Below, piece by piece: positions 59,801-64,000 of a stretch of DNA of 64,000 bases. Positions within the stretch are counted from its first letter, which is position 1. Every line of letters starts with the position of its first letter. Location: contig OY986950.1 of the NCBI GenBank assembly GCA_963920595.1, forward strand, positions 1,488,001 through 1,552,000, in the 5' to 3' direction. The notes under the pieces were generated by a model that made no database searches, had not been told where the DNA came from, and saw only the letters and a program-made list of their open reading frames with translations. A program made the translations under genes and the position numbers. Origin of the DNA: Eimeria praecox (lineage: Eukaryota).

Positions 59801-62800
59801 AGGCGGGTGCATAAGACCTGAGGGGAACACGGACAAATTGCTGCGCTTTCCGTAAACTGTTTGCTAGTGGGCATTGCTTGAGGTTGTGGCGCGTGCTGTT
59901 TGGTAATGCGTGGTTAAGCGCTGCGAGTAGTTAGTAGCGCCAGAGGTTTGTTCAGAGTACTTGTGGTAGCGTCTGGGCACGTCTGGGCACGTTTGGCCAC
60001 GAATATGAGTTGAGGATCGTTGAAACCTGACCCCATGCCATGCATGCCAATTCGCCTACGGAACGTTGCAAAGCTAGGTTGCTTGCCTGAGGTTACCTTG
60101 TTCACCATGGTTATTGCGGCTACAGTGTGTGCAGACTTCCCTACAAGAGGTATTGGAGAACACGCGTAGCTACATGGTTGTCAGGGTGCCAATGACCTGC
60201 GTCCTACGTTTCCTACATGCTCAACCTGGCAGTGGAGAAGCTATCGGGCTGGGTTGGACTGTGCTGTTTCGGAACAGGCGTCTGTCGAAGCGTAGGCAGC
60301 GCATCACCTGCGCAGACCAACCGCACTGCGTGCCAAGAACATAGGGATATCCGGCGGGGTTTGGTAGCACAATGAGGACAGCTGGGAACGATGCACCGTT
60401 TCCAGTGCTGTCATCTGCTCAGGCCGTACGTTTGTAGAAGACAGTAAAGAGCTTGAGGACGGATGTGTTCGGGCTGGCGTAAGCAGGATCGTCGAGCACG
60501 AAGGTGTCAAGGATGCACCTTTGCATATCTGAAACGATATGAGCCGCAGCAAGTGAGCATCATCGATGCGTTCGTGGGCACCGTAGGGTGTCTACAGGAT
60601 GACACAACACATGCATGCAAGGAGGAGTTAATTAGAACATGATGTGGGAGGTGATGCTTGGTTGGCTGTTCGGCCTGTGATGGGACGTAGCTGGGTTGCA
60701 GTGGTGTTGCAGCGAATCTTAGTATGGCTAGAGTTTGTATCTGGCAGTCTTTGCCGCGTGTTCAAGAATATCCAGGCCGCTCTATAGGGAGATTGTGGCT
60801 CCTCGGAGACAAGAAGAAATGCGTGACTGGTGGTTGGTTGGGTCTCATATATTGACGATACCGTTCTGGCTGTGTGGCGGGAGTGGAACGTTTGCATTTC
60901 TCAGTGCCATCGCTCACAACAAGGCGTACGTAGGGCTAGCATATTTCTATGTTGGCGTTGCTACACGCCTTGGGTTTACTACGGTAGCTCACGGAGTGCT
61001 TTGCGATGGCATTGCTGCTCTGGTTCTGCGTGCAGAACGTACGTTGGCACCGCGTTGCGTTGCGCATGCTTGTGCCTCCCAAGGTGACGGACGGTGTGAA
61101 GGGTGCTTAGAAGGAGTTAGGACCTTTTCCTGGCGCAGACACTGTGAATAGGGAACTCGCAGCGTTGCTTCGTTTTACGTCTATACCTAATTTTCAGACC
61201 TTGGCAAGAACCTGACATATCGTGGGGTGGCTGTGAAGGGAGTGGCTGAGGAAAGAAGAGGCGCGGTGATTGCTACGCCTCGATTAAAACTTTTCTATCC
61301 TACATGCAGAAAGTGAGGCTTAACCATGGGCTGCTGCGCAGATGCCGTTGCCTGCTAGGGTCTCTTGGATGGCGCTAATTGTTGGTGCTTGGGCCCGTTG
61401 CCTTGCTTCACATGCTTTGGGGGGGGGGCGCAGCGTGCTTGTGCTGCTCCATTCAGACCAGTGCACTAAGCATAAGTGTACGCCTAGAGTGAAATAGCTT
61501 AACCTGAGGTGCACTTGGAGTTATGGGTGAGCCACATTGAATAGGTAGTTAGGCATACGCAAACAGCTCTTTCCTGTGTGAGCTTGGCGCCAGCAGGGGT
61601 TCCGAAGAGATTATCAAGACAAGCAGCGGGTAGCCGAACACAAGCGAACAACACGACGGCACGATCGCGATGCAAGCGAAGAAGTGAATAAAGAGGTGAC
61701 CTCATGAAGCTGGCTTTGGTTTCATGCGTAACGGGTCGTGACCGCATAACACTGCCGCTGCTACGGTTATGCTCCCTCAAGACGCGTTTTCTTCACCTAA
61801 AAAGGCTGTATGTTATTTCCCCCAGTGTGAGGACTTGAAGCACGAATGAAAGGTTGTGCCTTGCTTCCGTATGCGTGTGCGGAGAGTGGGGCGTTGAGGC
61901 AAGAGTAAGTGCTGTCTCCTTCTTGTACGGAGATGCGGCGTCCTGCAGCATGATGCAGCTCCTTAGTGGGTGGGGGGCGCGTTTCACTATCCTGCAGAGC
62001 TAGGTGGGACTGGCCAAACATCGGATCAGAAAGTTCGTTTGTGCCCTTTATGCTGAGATGTGCTGCGTGAGTTGTTTAAAGGGTGCCGTAGGCAGCTGAT
62101 AATAGCTGCAGGTGGTAGCTACGTGCAGGCTGGAATATGCACTGTTCAGTGTTTCGGGTTTATCGGGTTTATTTTGGGTAGGCTGCACTTAGGGCTTTGG
62201 CTTTGCATGCAGGATGAAAACTTTCAACTGTGCGCTCCGTGAAGTGGTAGATGCAGCAGAGCTGCGGGATGCGGTAATTAGTTGGAGATGCATGTATGCA
62301 TCGCTGCACAGTGGTTCGTCTAAAACGGGGAATGTTGCGCACGGCGAGGGTTGTGTCTCTGCGGTTTCGCAGGAAGTAGGTTTCGGCGCTTAAAGCATGA
62401 GAAGCCTGCATTGGCTGAGCATATGCAATGACAGTACTGATTTGGCCTTTCAGCGTGTGCATTGTCTTCCGTTGAAGTAGCCGCTACTGCCTTGAGGATC
62501 ACAGCTGGCACTTAGCATACTATTCTGCAGAGGGTTTGCTCTTCCTTGCATTAATGGGTGCGGAATGGTGCGAACTCGGGCATCATCGTCAATCATAGGC
62601 CATCAAGCTGCCAATGTCTTTGCTGGAACTAGGATTATGGAGAGGACACGCATGTGGGAACCCTCATGACGAGTAGGATCGAGCTGGTTCAGTTGCAGTT
62701 GATCGGTTTGCATGGCAAAACCCTGTTCACACGAGCAGTTGGTGCGTTTCTGCACTGTGGAAGAGGCTACGCATTTGCATTACAGCATTACGGCTGCCAC

Positions 62801-64000
62801 AGGAGCCATGTAGGAAAGTGCTGAGTAGCCGTCCCGTGCATCTATCCCCGGATTGAGGCGGGGTTGCAACTAGAAGGAGCATGCAGAACGAGCTGCTCTT
62901 GTTGAAGCTTTTGCGCCATGTGGGATGGCTCGGTGGGGAAGGCGACTTGGGTGTCGTGGAGTTGAGTGCTTGGTCAACCTCCAATTTGTCCGCCTGTTCC
63001 CCAGATAGGTATGGTGGTGGCGTCTGATGCTTGCCTGCAGGAAGTGCGTCCTTTCTGTAGTAGTGTGCGCGTGCGCTGACATTGTGGACACCATATATGG
63101 GGTTTAGTCTATGTGAGAACTCTCAGTATTGATATGGGGCGACAATTGTGGGGGAGCCCCTGAGGGAGGTGAGGGCGTGGATAAATTGTGCCTTGAGCGC
63201 ATCCAGGCACGCATGTGGTGCAGTGCTTATGCCTTTAAGCTGATACTGGACAGCTCATTACATGGTGTTTTTTACAAAGCTGTTTTGTTTCGACGGCAGC
63301 AGTATAACAGGGGATACGATTAATGGAGGCGAATGGACACTACAGGAAGTGAGTGTTGAGATGACAACATCTGCAGGGTCTACCGGCTTGCGGAAGAACG
63401 AGGGAGCGAGGAGGGCAGATAGCCAAGCCGCCGTTATATGAGATATCGCTTGCCGCAGGTTGCTGTTTGAGATTCTGCAGTGGCGTCTACAAGCCTTTCG
63501 AAGCTGCTTGCGATGGAGCTCGAGAGGAGGCTTGTGAGGTCTTGCTCTCGCAACAGCAAGTGTGTTTCTGCTTTAGCCTTGGCATTAAATTGCGAAATCC
63601 TGGGTTTTGTCCGGTTGTATAATGCTGGACTCATTGACAAGACGCCAGCGCACTTGTGTTTCGTGGAGGGCAGGAAATAATAGTTACGGAGAGGGAAAGC
63701 GTGATATTGGATTTACGTTCGTGGGGCTGATTCGCAGTAGCGTTCGTTTTAAGCGACTGGTAACCTGGTCGTGGTTCCAGAACGTAAGTCAGAATTCAGT
63801 CACTTGCCACCGAAGAAGCGTGATGAGATTTCTTAGCAGCCGCTGTATTCGCGCTTGCTATCCACATTCGGGAATCAATTAGCTACCTAACGAGTGCGAA
63901 GGCGCCGCTGGATAGATCATATATGCAGAACTGCAGCGGCGCATCACCTGTCCACTGCGTTAGTTGCCCATATTTGCCTGTTGCATGGTTGTCTCCATGT
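52244..64000. repeat. ~4.66 kb tandem repeat: units 52244-56902, 56903-61563 and 61564->64000 (partial)
   Basis: The unit start CAGCTCTTTCCTGTGTGAGC occurs at 52244, 56903 and 61564 (periods 4659 and 4661). The ORF track recurs at the same offsets. Units differ by scattered SNPs and small indels. Confidence 0.98.

Noticed and set aside
52244..64000. rDNA, CRISPR or multigene-family explanation for the tandem array
   Set aside because: No rRNA-conserved sequence, no short repeat-spacer pattern and no coherent exon structure.

Overview
Coccidian (Eimeria-like) apicomplexan nuclear DNA, identified by pervasive (CAG)n repeats, AAACCCT heptamers, TGCATGCA octamers, (AT)n introns and GT-AG spliced genes. 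Repeat- and gene-rich blocks (about 1-25.4 kb and 33.6-42 kb) alternate with blocks almost free of CAG runs (about 25.4-33.6 kb and 42-64 kb). By hand-splicing I recover these genes: a FIG4-type SAC phosphoinositide phosphatase (3' end outside the window), a PX-domain sorting-nexin-like gene, an RJL/DNAJC27-like GTPase, an acidic coiled-coil gene, a FAM173-like SAM methyltransferase, a RWWY/WPP hypothetical gene, an SRPK kinase and a small signal-peptide/TM gene. The CAG-poor blocks appear to be decayed retroelements. There is a Ty3/Gypsy chromovirus relic (RT-RNaseH-IN-GPF-chromodomain) preceded by a tRNA-Pro-like Pol III element. There is also a head-to-tail array of dead APE-RT non-LTR (LINE-like) elements: an old duplication with a ~6.0 kb period, an ~845 bp homogenised tract, and a recent ~4.66 kb tandem amplification that runs off the window end. 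All family assignments come from motifs read by eye; no searches were run.
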